From assembly GCA_965213705.1 (NCBI GenBank), contig OZ243913.1, positions 2,528,001-2,592,000 of the forward strand: 64,000 bases of DNA. The letters run 5' to 3'. The notes beneath the pieces were generated by a model. That model did not search any database. It had not been told where the DNA came from and saw only the letters and a list, made by a program, of their open reading frames with translations. The position numbers and the translations under genes were made by a program. The stretch's first letter is position 1. Every line of letters starts with the position of its first letter. The DNA comes from Trueperaceae bacterium. GTDB lineage: Bacteria > Deinococcota > Deinococci > Deinococcales > Trueperaceae. Below, piece by piece: positions 28,681-39,930 of this stretch.

Positions 28681-29030
28681 CCGGGTTCTTCGGGACGGTT
28701 CAGGCCTTCGTGCCAGCAGTACCACCGCCCCAAACTCAGCAGCGGTTTGAAGCCGTCTTCGCTGAGCCACGCGTGCCGGCGGCGCAGGCCGAGGTAAAGC
28801 TCACGTTCAAACTCGGGCGACCACACGACGCCTCCCACGGCGTCCCACAGGGCGTCGTAGACGTCGGCGACGACGGCGTCCAACGCCCTTTTGACGGCGA
28901 CAGCTTCAGCGTCAGCCTCGTCGCCCGCGTAACCGTTCTGAAGCAAAAACGCCTGCAAGCGACGCGGCGAGGGAACCGTCAGGACGTACGCCCGCAGCGC
29001 GTCGTTCAACGTGGCGTGGTTCACGGGCAC
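28677..29030 (-). CDS. Hypothetical protein
   Basis: Good codon usage; ends WYCWHEG. Confidence 0.6.
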   Translation of the reverse strand: MPVNHATLNDALRAYVLTVPSPRRLQAFLLQNGYAGDEADAEAVAVKRALDAVVADVYDALWDAVGGVVWSPEFERELYLGLRRRHAWLSEDGFKPLLSLGRWYCWHEGLNRPEEPG

Positions 29031-29054
29031 GCGCTCAAACCCTCGAAAAACGTG

Positions 29055-29468
29055 TCACGGAACCCCCAACACCAAACGTCGACCGCTCCCTAGCGGCACC
29101 GTCACCGAAGACGAGTCACCCGCCCAGGTGATGAACCGCTCGTCCCGGTTTCCGTAGCCGGGTACGCTTGTTCTAGGCGGGCGGCGGACGACCCGCCACA
29201 GTTCGCGCCCGGACGCGGTCTCGCTGACCTGCACCTGGACGTAGCGGTCACGGCGGCCGGTCAGCGTGCCCCGGCTCAGGTTGCTGGCTCGAGCGGTAAA
29301 GCGGCCGTCGGGGGAAGCCAGGAACTCGCCAGTGCCGCTCGGCACAAACCACGACCAGGCGAGGACGGCGGCCAAGAGGATGCCGAACGCGGCCAACCCC
29401 AAACGGCCCCACGCTCGCCGCCGCGTCACGCTCGGTATCCTGGGCCGGTGAAACCAGTACCCAAGCAC
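29055..29468 (-). CDS. Hypothetical membrane-anchored protein
   Basis: TM helix, SPDGRFTA and ITWAGDSSSV beta-propeller-like motifs; GGAG RBS. Confidence 0.6.
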   Translation of the reverse strand: MLGYWFHRPRIPSVTRRRAWGRLGLAAFGILLAAVLAWSWFVPSGTGEFLASPDGRFTARASNLSRGTLTGRRDRYVQVQVSETASGRELWRVVRRPPRTSVPGYGNRDERFITWAGDSSSVTVPLGSGRRLVLGVP

Positions 29469-29610
29469 GTCGTACTCCAGAATGTCGTACTTACAGGCAC
29501 CGTGGGCCGGACCCGGGTCGCGTTACAAACGTCGGCGACCACGGCTCGGGCCACGCTACCGAAAACACGTGCGACCTCGCAAAAGCCGTATAGAAAACAC
29601 GGCAAGGTTC

Positions 29611-29943
29611 TCACGAAGCAGGCGGCGCTTTTCTGCGGACGACTAAAAAGATGACCAGGGCGACCGTGTAGCCGATGAGGGCAAGTCCGCCGCTCGGCAG
29701 CGTCACCAGCGCGAACCACGCCGAGACGGCCATAAAGTACAACGTTCCGCCTAACTCTAAGCCGGCAACAACACACGTGTGGGAACCACTCTCGTCCAAA
29801 CGGCAGCCGAAGCGTGTGGCGACGGCGCTCGCTACCAGCATCGACACAACGGGGCCGACCGTGTAGAGCAAGAGTACGGTGTAAACGAGGACGGGGCGCT
29901 TCAGCAAAGCCGGGTGAGCTACGACGGGTTTTAACACGGTCAC
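29611..29943 (-). CDS. Small membrane protein (GCxL(N/D)E...C family)
   Basis: GCRLDESGSHTC, WFALVTLP; AAGGAAG RBS. Confidence 0.75.
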   Translation of the reverse strand: MTVLKPVVAHPALLKRPVLVYTVLLLYTVGPVVSMLVASAVATRFGCRLDESGSHTCVVAGLELGGTLYFMAVSAWFALVTLPSGGLALIGYTVALVIFLVVRRKAPPAS

Positions 29944-30132
29944 TTCCTTTTGTCACAGCATAACCGCAACTTCGCGCCACCGCTTCGGCGTTTGTAGAGC
30001 GCACGAGGCACACCGGGCGCTGGCCCGCCTCGGCCTATTTTTGGACGTTGCCTGACACAGGCCCACCTGCTCGGCGGTACCGCCCGACAAAACCTAGTAT
30101 GATGTCTGGATTGCACCGTTAGGAACCGTTTT

Positions 30133-31383
30133 ATGAATGATTCGACCTCCACCCTTTCCGCCTCTCCTGCCGCGCCGCTCGAGCAACCTATACAAACCGT
30201 CGTGCGCGACGGGGTGCGCTACACCGTTCTGGGCACCGCCCACGTTTCCAAGGCGAGCGCCGACGCGGTGCAGTCGCTCATTCAGGGCGGCGGTTTCGAC
30301 GCGGTCGCCGTCGAACTCGACCGCAACCGTTTCAACAGCATCACCAATCCCGACAGCGTGGCGAAACTCGACCTGTTCCAGGTCATCCGCGAGGGCAAGG
30401 CCGGGATGGTCGCCGCCAACCTGGCCCTGAGCGCCTTTCAGCAGCGCATCGCCGAACAGTTCGACATCGAGCCGGGGCAAGAGATGCGTGTGGCAATTAG
30501 CGCCGCCAAAGAAGCCGGCTTGCCGCTGCTGTTAATTGACCGCGACATCGGCGTGACGCTCCGCCGCGTGTACCGCAGCGTGCCGTGGTGGCAACGCCTG
30601 ACGCTGCTGGCGGGCCTCGGCGCGAGCCTGTTCAGCAACGAGACCGTCACCGAAGAGGAAATCGAAAAGCTTAAACAGGGCGATATTCTCGAGGCCACTT
30701 TCACCGAGTTCGCCGAGTCGTCGGAAAAACTGTACATACCCCTCATCGCCGAGCGCGACGCGTACATGGCCGCCAAACTGCGTGAAGACACGCAGCGCCG
30801 AGGCGCGCAAGACGGCGAGCTGCGCTACCAAGAAGTCCTCGTCGTCATCGGGGCGGGACACTTGAAGGGGTTGACGCAGCATCTGCAAGACGGTGAAGAA
30901 CCGCCCGCCGAGGTGAGGCGTAGGCTCGAGCACGTGCCCACAGGCAGCTTTTGGCCCAAGCTCATCCCCTGGCTCATCGTCGCTTTAATCGTCGCAGGTT
31001 TCGTCGTCGGCTTTCAGCGCAGCCCGGAACTGGGCTTGCAACTCGTCGGCGACTGGTTTTTGATCAACGGCTTTTTGGCAGGGTTGGGCGCGGCGATTGC
31101 ACTGGGCCATCCGCTGACGATTTTGGGCACCTTTGTAGCCGCCCCCTTCACCTCGCTCAACCCGCTCATCGGCGCGGGTTTCGTCGCGGCGGCGATTGAA
31201 CTTTGGTTCAGGAAACCCACCGTCGGCGACTTCGGCACCTTGCGCAAAGACGTGACCGACTTCCGCGGCTGGTGGCGCAACCGCGTCGCGCGGACGCTGC
31301 TGGTGTTCTTTTTAGCCACGCTCGGCTCGGCGCTGGGGACATACCTTGCAGGGTTCAGGATTTTTGGGCGGTTGTTCGGGTAA
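30133..31383 (+). CDS. TraB/GumN (pheromone shutdown) family protein
   Basis: LGTAHVS, AVELD, IDRDI, LIAERDAYMA, VIGAGH, C-terminal TMs. Confidence 0.92.
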   Translation: MNDSTSTLSASPAAPLEQPIQTVVRDGVRYTVLGTAHVSKASADAVQSLIQGGGFDAVAVELDRNRFNSITNPDSVAKLDLFQVIREGKAGMVAANLALSAFQQRIAEQFDIEPGQEMRVAISAAKEAGLPLLLIDRDIGVTLRRVYRSVPWWQRLTLLAGLGASLFSNETVTEEEIEKLKQGDILEATFTEFAESSEKLYIPLIAERDAYMAAKLREDTQRRGAQDGELRYQEVLVVIGAGHLKGLTQHLQDGEEPPAEVRRRLEHVPTGSFWPKLIPWLIVALIVAGFVVGFQRSPELGLQLVGDWFLINGFLAGLGAAIALGHPLTILGTFVAAPFTSLNPLIGAGFVAAAIELWFRKPTVGDFGTLRKDVTDFRGWWRNRVARTLLVFFLATLGSALGTYLAGFRIFGRLFG

Positions 31384-31441
31384 GAGCGAGCCAACTATAG
31401 TTTCAGCCCGCACTTAATTTTTAAGATACAATACACCTATC

Positions 31442-31954
31442 ATGAGTATATTCTCTCGATTTCCTCACGGAGAGATTTATGTAGTTGACACCGAAGGGAA
31501 TCGAAAGGGACCCTACAACGCTCGTGTAAACAACGAAGGTCTCACCATCGATAATCACGATGTGGTTATTGATGATGGGTTTGTAATTGAGCGACCGTTA
31601 CCAACTGGGAAAATTAAAGTGTATGGCATCAAAGAGTTTGAGTACATACCCAAATTTCATCAGATTCCGCCACAGTTGATAGTCAAATTCGAGAAAAATA
31701 CAGGAAAAGAAGTAAGCAAATCACAAACTTTTAACTTCCATGATTCAAGCAACATTCAAATAGGTGACCACAACGTCCAGAATGTCATCAGTATGCTGCA
31801 AGACCTAACGGATAAAATAGATAGTAAAGAAGCTCCAGCCGAAGAGAAAGCACAAGCAAAAGAGCTTCTGGCGAACTTCCTCAGTCATCCTGTAGTTGTC
31901 AGTATTTTGGGTGGTGCAGGCACCGCATTAGCGAAACAACTCTTGGATATTTAG
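31442..31954 (+). CDS. Low-GC orphan protein with RHIM-like motif
   Basis: TFNFHDSSNIQIGDHNVQNV; AT-rich. Confidence 0.75.
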   Translation: MSIFSRFPHGEIYVVDTEGNRKGPYNARVNNEGLTIDNHDVVIDDGFVIERPLPTGKIKVYGIKEFEYIPKFHQIPPQLIVKFEKNTGKEVSKSQTFNFHDSSNIQIGDHNVQNVISMLQDLTDKIDSKEAPAEEKAQAKELLANFLSHPVVVSILGGAGTALAKQLLDI

Positions 31955-32020
31955 GCTGCTATCCACCATCAGAAACCGAGCAGCGCCTCTTGCTCCTCTT
32001 TGGAAGGCGCTTGCTTGTGC

Positions 32021-32114
32021 TGCCCTTCGAAACTGGGTCACACGGTTGTTTTGAGACAGGGGAACGTTCAACAAAGTTCTCAAGACGGCAGGCCTCAAAC
32101 AGGAGAGAGCATGA
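32021..32114 (+). pseudogene. hicA: HicA toxin remnant
   Basis: CPSKLGHTVV then, in another frame, RGTFNKVLKTAGLK..* with ATGA overlap on hicB; no start or GSH motif. Confidence 0.6.
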
Positions 32115-32617
32115 AATATCCTTACGTCATCGAGCGAGCACCCAACAATTACGCGGCCTTTTTCCCTGACGTTCCGGGTGTGGCAACGGCCAAAACCAAA
32201 CCCCTGTTGCAGGAGCGGATGTCCGAGGTCTTGGCTTTGACGCTGCTCGACTACGCCGAACAGGGCGCTTCTCCACCGCCGCCGACGCCGCTGGCAAACC
32301 TCGACGTGAGTGAATATGAGCCGGAGGAGCCGTTCGAGCTGGCCGAGGTCGAGGCGGCCACCTTCAACCCGGTCAGCCTGGAAATCGAGCGTGCCCTTGA
32401 GCGTGCCGGGATTACCCAAGCGGAGTTGGCACGCCGCATGGGCGTGCCCCGCTCGGTCGTCTCGCGGCTGGTCAACCCCTTTTACTTCGGACACAGCCTG
32501 GCAAGTTTGAAACGAATCGCCGAGGCGCTGGGCAAACGCCTCGAGGTAGCGTTCAGCGACGCAACGGGCGCGACCTCATCTAACGCAAGGGGTGCGGCCT
32601 CACCTGAAGCAGCTTGA
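32111..32617 (+). CDS. hicB: HicB antitoxin with C-terminal XRE HTH
   Basis: YPYVIE..NYAAFFPDVPG; ITQAELARRMGV. Confidence 0.85.
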   Translation: MKYPYVIERAPNNYAAFFPDVPGVATAKTKPLLQERMSEVLALTLLDYAEQGASPPPPTPLANLDVSEYEPEEPFELAEVEAATFNPVSLEIERALERAGITQAELARRMGVPRSVVSRLVNPFYFGHSLASLKRIAEALGKRLEVAFSDATGATSSNARGAASPEAA

Positions 32618-32782
32618 ACTCGAGTCCCTCGTCAACCCTGACGACATCCCTTCTTCAACCGGGTGTCGCCTCATTCTGCGCTGAACGTGACAACCAAAAC
32701 GGATACTGATAGCCCGAACTTCTACCCCCAAGCGTATAAAGCGGCCAAATTCACGCGACCGTCACGGGGTAAAGTAACCCCC

Positions 32783-34558
32783 ATGACGCAGTCTCCTTTG
32801 CTCCGCCTGTGGACCTACGCCGAAGCCTACCGGCCGCGCATCCTGCTCGCCACATTCATCTCGGTGCTCAACAAAGTCTTCGACCTCGCGCCGCCCTTTC
32901 TCATCGGGGTGGCGGTGGACACGGTGGTAGAGCAGGGAGACTCGATTCTCTCGAGCCTCTTCGGTTTGACAGACGTGATGACGCAGCTCTGGGTACTCGC
33001 CGCCATCACCCTGTTCGTGTGGGGGATGGAGTCGGTGACGGACTACGTCGACCAAATCCTGTGGCGCAACTTGGCGCAAAGTCTGCAGCACGACTTGCGC
33101 ACCGAAACGTACGAACACGTGCAGGGTTTGGAGATGGCCTACTTCGAGGACAAGAGCACGGGCGGACTCATGAGCGTGCTCAACGACGACGTGAACCAGC
33201 TCGAGCGCTTTTTGGACGTCGGGGCGAACGACGTGTTGCAGCTCTTGGCGACGGTGGTGCTGCTGGGGATTTACTTTTTCGTGGTCGCGCCGGGCGTGGC
33301 CTGGCTGGCGTTTTTGCCGATTCCGATTATCGTCTGGGGTTCGCTGCGCTTTCAAAAACGGATGGCCCCGCGCTACCAAGAGGTGCGCGAACAGGTCGGC
33401 GTCTTGAACGGGCAACTCGCCAACAACCTTTCAGGCATCGCCACCATCAAGAGTTTTACGGCGGAGGGTTTGGAGGCCGAGCGGGTCTCGAGCGGCTCCG
33501 ACGTTTACCGCTTGAAAAACCGCGAGGCGATTCGCTACTCGTCGCTGTTCGTGCCGCTCATCCGCATGGCGATTGTGCTCGGTTTTATGGCGACGCTCGT
33601 GTACGGCGGTTATTTGACCGTGAACGGCGCTATCGGCGTGGGCGTCTACAGCACCCTCGTTTTTATGACGCAGCGCCTTTTGTGGCCCCTGACCCGTCTC
33701 GGACAAACCCTCGACCTGTACCAGCGGGCGATGGCCTCGTCGCGGCGGGTGTTTGGGTTGCTCGACACCGAGGCCGAAATGGAAGACGGGGACCTGAGGC
33801 TCGAGCCCGTCCACGGCGACCTGCGGCTGGAAAACGTCGTGTTCGCTTACAAAGACAGCGAACCCGTGGTGAACGGTCTCAGCCTGCACCTGCCCGCCGG
33901 CAAAACCAGCGCCATCGTCGGCGCGACGGGCGCGGGCAAAAGCACCCTCATCAAGCTGCTGCTGAGGTTCTACGACCCTCAGCAGGGCCGCGTGACGTTG
34001 GACGGGCACGACCTGCGCAGTTTGGAAATGAGCAGTTTACGGCGCGCTATCGGCCTGGTCAGCCAGGACGTGTTTTTGTTTCACGGGACGGTGCGCGAGA
34101 ATATCGCCTACGGCGCGCCCGACGCCGACGACGAGGCCATTCGCCGCGCCGCCGAGGTGGCCGAGGCGCACGAGTTCATCACCGACTTGCCGAACGGCTA
34201 CGACACGGTCGTGGGCGAGCGGGGGCAAAAGCTGTCGGGCGGACAGCGGCAGCGGATTTCGATTGCAAGGGCCGTCTTGAAAGACCCGCCGATACTCGTT
34301 CTGGACGAGGCGACGAGCGCGGTCGACAACGAGACCGAAGCCGCGATTCAGCGCTCGCTCGAGCGCATCGCCCGCGGACGCACCATGATTTTGATTGCCC
34401 ACCGTTTGTCGACGATTCGCAACGCCGACCGGATTTATGTTTTAGAGCAGGGCCGCCTCAAAGAGCAGGGCAAGCACGAGGAGTTGCTCGAGCACCCCGG
34501 CATCTACGCAGGACTGTGGCAGGTGCAGACCGGCGATCGGGCCGCCATGCGCGCCTAA
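32783..34558 (+). CDS. ABC exporter, fused permease/ATP-binding
   Basis: [25 protein letters not shown]. Confidence 0.95.
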   Translation: MTQSPLLRLWTYAEAYRPRILLATFISVLNKVFDLAPPFLIGVAVDTVVEQGDSILSSLFGLTDVMTQLWVLAAITLFVWGMESVTDYVDQILWRNLAQSLQHDLRTETYEHVQGLEMAYFEDKSTGGLMSVLNDDVNQLERFLDVGANDVLQLLATVVLLGIYFFVVAPGVAWLAFLPIPIIVWGSLRFQKRMAPRYQEVREQVGVLNGQLANNLSGIATIKSFTAEGLEAERVSSGSDVYRLKNREAIRYSSLFVPLIRMAIVLGFMATLVYGGYLTVNGAIGVGVYSTLVFMTQRLLWPLTRLGQTLDLYQRAMASSRRVFGLLDTEAEMEDGDLRLEPVHGDLRLENVVFAYKDSEPVVNGLSLHLPAGKTSAIVGATGAGKSTLIKLLLRFYDPQQGRVTLDGHDLRSLEMSSLRRAIGLVSQDVFLFHGTVRENIAYGAPDADDEAIRRAAEVAEAHEFITDLPNGYDTVVGERGQKLSGGQRQRISIARAVLKDPPILVLDEATSAVDNETEAAIQRSLERIARGRTMILIAHRLSTIRNADRIYVLEQGRLKEQGKHEELLEHPGIYAGLWQVQTGDRAAMRA

Positions 34559-34590
34559 AAGCTGTTCAACAGCTCGGTCGTCGCGCCCCG

Positions 34591-35310
<720 letters not shown>

Positions 35311-35427
35311 GTTTCGACGCTAACACGCTGGTGTACTCGTTTTTGAAGTGGGACGAACAAAGCGGTCGGGTACCGCTACTCGATTCAAGGACGCCAAAGT
35401 CACCCAGACTCCGCTTATCCTGGGCAC

Positions 35428-36207
35428 ATGAACGAAGATGTTTACGAGCAGGTCAAAAAGCAGTTCGGTAAAACGGCCCAGGCTTACGTGACGAGTAATA
35501 TCCACGCCAAGGGCGACGACCTGGGGGCGCTGCTCGAGCTGGCCGGCGACGTCCAGAACAAACGCGTCCTCGACGTTGCGACGGGCGGCGGGCACACAGC
35601 GCTCGCTTTTGCGCGAGCGGGCGCGACGGTCACGGCCACCGACCTCACGCCGGAGATGCTGCAGGTTGCTGAAACGCACCTGAAAGAGCGGGTCAGCGTA
35701 ACTTTTCAAGAAGCCAACGCCGAACAGTTGCCCTTTAAACCCCAAACCTTCGAAATAGTCACCTGCCGCATCGCCGCCCACCACTTTGCGAAGCCGCAGG
35801 CGTTTGTGCAAGAGGCGGCTCGAGTCCTCATGCCAAACGGCCTGTTCCTCCTCGTCGACAACGTCGCGCCGGAAGACGCCGGGCTGGCCGAGGCGATGAA
35901 CCACATCGAGAAAACCCGCGACCCGAGCCATGTTCGGGCGTACAGCGTCAAAACGTGGGTGATGTGGCTGAGCGAGGCGGGCCTCGAGCCTCAACACCTC
36001 AGCCGTTTTAAAAGGACGAAAAACTTCTCAGACTGGACGAGCTACGCGCAGACGCCGGACGAGGTCGTGGAAAAGCTCGAGGCCTACGTGTTAGCTCTAC
36101 CTGAACCCTTCAAGCGCTATTTCGAGGTTATCGAGCGTGGGAGGCGGCTCCACTCGCTCAGCCACGAGGTCGTTTTGCTGGCGGCGAAGAAACTGCGCAC
36201 GGCCTAA
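35428..36207 (+). CDS. Class I SAM-dependent methyltransferase
   Basis: VLDVATGGGH, CRIAAHHF, RDPSHVR. Confidence 0.9.
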   Translation: MNEDVYEQVKKQFGKTAQAYVTSNIHAKGDDLGALLELAGDVQNKRVLDVATGGGHTALAFARAGATVTATDLTPEMLQVAETHLKERVSVTFQEANAEQLPFKPQTFEIVTCRIAAHHFAKPQAFVQEAARVLMPNGLFLLVDNVAPEDAGLAEAMNHIEKTRDPSHVRAYSVKTWVMWLSEAGLEPQHLSRFKRTKNFSDWTSYAQTPDEVVEKLEAYVLALPEPFKRYFEVIERGRRLHSLSHEVVLLAAKKLRTA

Positions 36208-36209
36208 CT

Positions 36210-37073
36210 TTATGGTGAGAGGCGCACGTCGCTCAGGCGCATCAGGGTACGGAAGGTGTGAAAGAGGTTCGCCCCGTCGGCGGGCGTGTAAGCCACGCTG
36301 CGCTCGCCTGTGCGCTCGACCCCCGGCAGCGCACAGGCGTCGGCCCGCGAGGGGTGGTCGAACTCAAGCTCCACGCTCGAACCGGCGGGCAGCGTCCAGG
36401 GTCTTGCCTGGGCGAAGTTCTTCAGAGCGGTTTCGGCCCCGTCGCGAATCATCGCCTGGGCGCGGGTGGGGTGGTCGTGCAGGGCGCTGGTGCTCGAGTA
36501 GCCCGTCTTGACCACGACCCCGACGGGTTTGTACCCCGAAGCCTCGTGCAAAAAGTCCTGCGTTTGGGCGACGGCCTTGTCGTCGCCCGTGACCAACACG
36601 ACCCGCGCGCCGAAGTGTCCGGCGACGGCCGCGTTGATACCGTACTCGCCGGTCGAACGTCCGCCGAAACGAACGTCGAGCAGGTAAGAGGTCCAGGTGT
36701 GGGCGAGGGGCGCGGCCGGCGTGCCCGCTTTGGCGTGGTAGCCCACGAAAAAGACCGCGCCGTCGCCCGTTTCTTCAACGCCCTGCATCATCCCGAAGGT
36801 TTTATCGCTCCCGGTGATAAAGCGCACCCCTGGGTGCAGCTCTTCGGGCAAGAGGTTGCGCATCCCGTCGTGGGCGTCGTTGACGACGACGTCGTCGGCC
36901 CCAGCTGCAAAAGCGCCCGCGGCGGCGGCGTTGACCTCGCGGGTGAGGCGCAGCCGGGCGCGTTCGTATTCACCCGCCGCCCTGGGGCCGCTGCCGTACT
37001 CGGGCGGCAGCACCTGCACCCAGCTGGTGACGCCGCAAACACCTTCCATATCGGCTGAAACGAGGACTTTCAC
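36210..37073 (-). CDS. dppA: D-aminopeptidase, peptidase M55
   Basis: SADMEG, NDAH, VGYHA, AHT, TGDD. Confidence 0.9.
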   Translation of the reverse strand: MKVLVSADMEGVCGVTSWVQVLPPEYGSGPRAAGEYERARLRLTREVNAAAAGAFAAGADDVVVNDAHDGMRNLLPEELHPGVRFITGSDKTFGMMQGVEETGDGAVFFVGYHAKAGTPAAPLAHTWTSYLLDVRFGGRSTGEYGINAAVAGHFGARVVLVTGDDKAVAQTQDFLHEASGYKPVGVVVKTGYSSTSALHDHPTRAQAMIRDGAETALKNFAQARPWTLPAGSSVELEFDHPSRADACALPGVERTGERSVAYTPADGANLFHTFRTLMRLSDVRLSP

Positions 37074-37086
37074 TCAGTAACCTCCC

Positions 37087-37452
37087 TCAAGAACGTGGGT
37101 CCGCCGCCGGCACCACCTGCACCGCCACCGCCCACCAGCGGCCTTCCCGCTTGGCGTAGACGCGCATAAAGCGCTGCCGAACCCTCTCGTCACCCGCTTT
37201 GACCTCGACGCGGCCGGTTGTAACGGCAGTATCACCGAACAGCCTGAGCGAAAAGTCGCTGAAGGTCTGCTCCACTTCAACGCCTTGCGGCGCGGCTGCG
37301 GCGATGAGCTGTTCACGCGTCAGCGTTTTGCCGTCCGCGAAAACACCCAGCCAGTCCTCGGCCAACACGACGCGCAGGCGGTCGCGTTTGTGTTGAAGGT
37401 ACGCCTCGTTCCAGGCGCGGTCGAGGTCGGTTACAAGCGTTTCGTCGTCCAC
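37087..37452 (-). CDS. NTF2-like DUF4440 protein
   Basis: GDTAVTTG, FMRVY..REGRW. Confidence 0.8.
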   Translation of the reverse strand: MDDETLVTDLDRAWNEAYLQHKRDRLRVVLAEDWLGVFADGKTLTREQLIAAAAPQGVEVEQTFSDFSLRLFGDTAVTTGRVEVKAGDERVRQRFMRVYAKREGRWWAVAVQVVPAADPRS

Positions 37453-37630
37453 GCGTTCAGTTTAGCTCGAGCCCCTCAAACCTCGGCTTACTCGGGTAAG
37501 TAGGGAAGTCAAAGCTTTTGATTTCACTTTCTACTCGGTACTCGGTACTTTCTCCTCCGCCCACCGCGTCACTCGAAAGTAAGAAACCCCTGACAAAAAC
37601 TCCGCCCCTACCTGTTAGGCTTAGTATCCT

Positions 37631-38251
37631 ATGCGCCAACTCACCCTCGTGCGTCACGGCGTCACCGACTGGAACACCTCGGGGCGCTTTCAGGGCCACA
37701 GTGACGTGCCCTTGTCGGCGGCGGGGCGTAAGCAGGCTGCAGCTTTGGCAAAACATGTTCTAAGCGTCGCACCCAAAGTCGACCTCGTCTACGCGAGCCC
37801 CCTGGTGCGTGCCCGGGAAACCGCCGAAATCGTTTTTCCAAACAAGCGTATTCTGCTGGACGAACGTCTCAAAGAACTCCACTTCGGGGCTTTCGAAGGG
37901 GCGACGCAGGGCGAAAACGAACAGCATCCCGACTGGGCGGCCTGGTTCGCCGACCCGTTTTCTCGGCAGACTCCCGGCGGCGAGTCTTACGAAGAGTTGA
38001 TGGCGCGCGCCGCAGCGTGGCTGGACAGCTTGCCCAAAGACGCCGACAGCTTCGCCTTCGCCCACGCCGGCACGATTCGGATGCTCATCAGCTTCGTCCT
38101 CGGGCTCACCCGCCCCACCTGGCGCAAGCGCATCTATTTAGCCCATACCGGCATGACCCGTATCCTGTTTCAGGGGGACGAGGCCGTCATCGAGCGGGTA
38201 AACGACACGCGGCACTTGGCACCGAACGGGTCCGACCCGTTTGCAGACTGA
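37631..38251 (+). CDS. Histidine phosphatase (phosphoglycerate mutase family)
   Basis: LVRHG, SPLVRARETA, GGES, AHAG. Confidence 0.92.
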   Translation: MRQLTLVRHGVTDWNTSGRFQGHSDVPLSAAGRKQAAALAKHVLSVAPKVDLVYASPLVRARETAEIVFPNKRILLDERLKELHFGAFEGATQGENEQHPDWAAWFADPFSRQTPGGESYEELMARAAAWLDSLPKDADSFAFAHAGTIRMLISFVLGLTRPTWRKRIYLAHTGMTRILFQGDEAVIERVNDTRHLAPNGSDPFAD

Positions 38252-38345
38252 GCGGGACGACTTGAGGGCACCTCCCGACGGCTGCGAAAGCTTTTCGAAC
38301 GTGGAGGGTGTGGGGGCGGGTTTTTAACCCACCCCCACCCGCAAC

Positions 38346-39518
38346 CTAAACGAGCTGAAACAACCCCGCCATTCCCTGTCCGCCGCCCACGCACATCGAC
38401 ACCACGCCGTACTCCGCGCCGCGCCGGTTCATCTCGGCGAACAGGTCGGCGGCGATGCGCGCGCCCGTCGCGCCGAGAGGGTGGCCCAAGGCAATCGCGC
38501 CGCCGTTGACGTTCAGCTTTTCGTCCGGGATGCCCAGTTCGCCTTGCGAGTAGTAGGCCTGGCTCGCAAACGCTTCGTTGATTTCGAACAGGTCGATGTC
38601 ATTGACCGCCATGCCGGTTTTGTCCAGGAGCTTGCGAATCGCCGGAACCGGCCCGATGCCCATCACGTCCGGCGGCACGCCGACGACGGCGGCCTGGACA
38701 AACTTGGCTAAGGGTTTCAGGCCGAGCGCGTCGGCGTCTTCTTGCGACATGATGACGGTCATGGCCGCGCCGTCGTTCATGGGCGAGGCGTTGCCCGCGG
38801 TCACGGTCGCCGCTTCGTCGTCGGCGAAAACGGTTTTGAGTTCGGCGAGTTTTTCCAGGGTCGTCCCGGCCCTGGGGCCTTCGTCCTTGCTCACGGTGAC
38901 ATTTTGCCAGTTGCCGTCCTCGTCTTTGACCCTCGTCTCCACCGGAACGACGTGCGCGTCGAACTTGCCCGCCGCCCAGGCAGCCAGGGCTTTCTCGTGA
39001 GACTTCACCGCAAAGGCGTCCTGCTGCTCGCGGGTGACGCCGTAGCGCCGCGCCACCGCCTCGGCGGTCTGGCCCATCGCGTGATAGGCCTCGGGGTGCT
39101 TTTTGAGAAGCGCGCGGTTGACGGACATAGTGTGCCCACCCATCGGCACCCGGCTCGTCGAGTCGCTGCCACCCGCGAAGACCACGTCGTTCATGCCCAA
39201 AATGACCGAGTGCGCCCCCTGCGCGATAGTCTGCAAACCCGAGGCGCAAAAGCGGTTGATGGTCGCCCCGGCGACGGTCACGGGCAGTTCGGCAATCTGC
39301 GCGGCGATGCGCGCCATGTTGTAACCCGCCTCGCCCTCGGGGTGGGCGTTGCCCAAAAGCACGTCGTCGACGCGCTCGGCGCTCAAACCCGTCGTGCGGC
39401 ACAGGGCTTGTTTGATGACCAGGGCGGCCAAGTCGTCGGGCCGGGTGTCGCGCAGGTTGCCCTTTTTAGCGCGGCCCACGGGCGTGCGGATGGCGGTGAC
39501 AATGACGGCTTCTCTCAT
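38346..39518 (-). CDS. Acetyl-CoA C-acyltransferase (thiolase)
   Basis: [26 protein letters not shown]. Confidence 0.95.
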   Translation of the reverse strand: MREAVIVTAIRTPVGRAKKGNLRDTRPDDLAALVIKQALCRTTGLSAERVDDVLLGNAHPEGEAGYNMARIAAQIAELPVTVAGATINRFCASGLQTIAQGAHSVILGMNDVVFAGGSDSTSRVPMGGHTMSVNRALLKKHPEAYHAMGQTAEAVARRYGVTREQQDAFAVKSHEKALAAWAAGKFDAHVVPVETRVKDEDGNWQNVTVSKDEGPRAGTTLEKLAELKTVFADDEAATVTAGNASPMNDGAAMTVIMSQEDADALGLKPLAKFVQAAVVGVPPDVMGIGPVPAIRKLLDKTGMAVNDIDLFEINEAFASQAYYSQGELGIPDEKLNVNGGAIALGHPLGATGARIAADLFAEMNRRGAEYGVVSMCVGGGQGMAGLFQLV

Positions 39519-39634
39519 GGTGCTCCTTTACGAGTCGGAACTGGATTCTTGGACTGAGTATAAAGGATGCACCCGGAAGTGGAGGTTATCCTAAATTTCC
39601 GAAGCTGAGTCGTGCCGTTACGCGACAGTAAACG

Positions 39635-39859
39635 TCAAGAAAGGTCAAGCATTTCTTCTACAGTTAAATCAATGTCTTTGGCAATTTTACGGAGAAGGGT
39701 CGGAGAGATGTCTCGTCCTTTGTGAAAGGGCACCGTTGTTCCCCTACCGTCTGGATGACGAAACTGTTTGTAGGAACCTTTTTGACGCACAACTTCAAAC
39801 CCAAGCTTCGACAGGACACGCTCGACTTCACGCGCTTTGAGAATGGGTGTTTTAGCCAC
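39635..39859 (-). CDS. hicA: HicA family toxin with GSY in place of GSH
   Basis: LGFEVVRQKGSYKQFRHPDGRGTTVPFH. Confidence 0.85.
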   Translation of the reverse strand: MAKTPILKAREVERVLSKLGFEVVRQKGSYKQFRHPDGRGTTVPFHKGRDISPTLLRKIAKDIDLTVEEMLDLS

Positions 39860-39930
39860 TGTTCAACATATCTTTTTTAGACTTTGAACTCGTCTGGACG
39901 AACACTGCGTTCGTTCTTCCGAAACTCGAG

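Noticed and set aside
37532..37549. TACTCGG heptamer tandem
   Set aside because: Only about 2.5 units; too short to call
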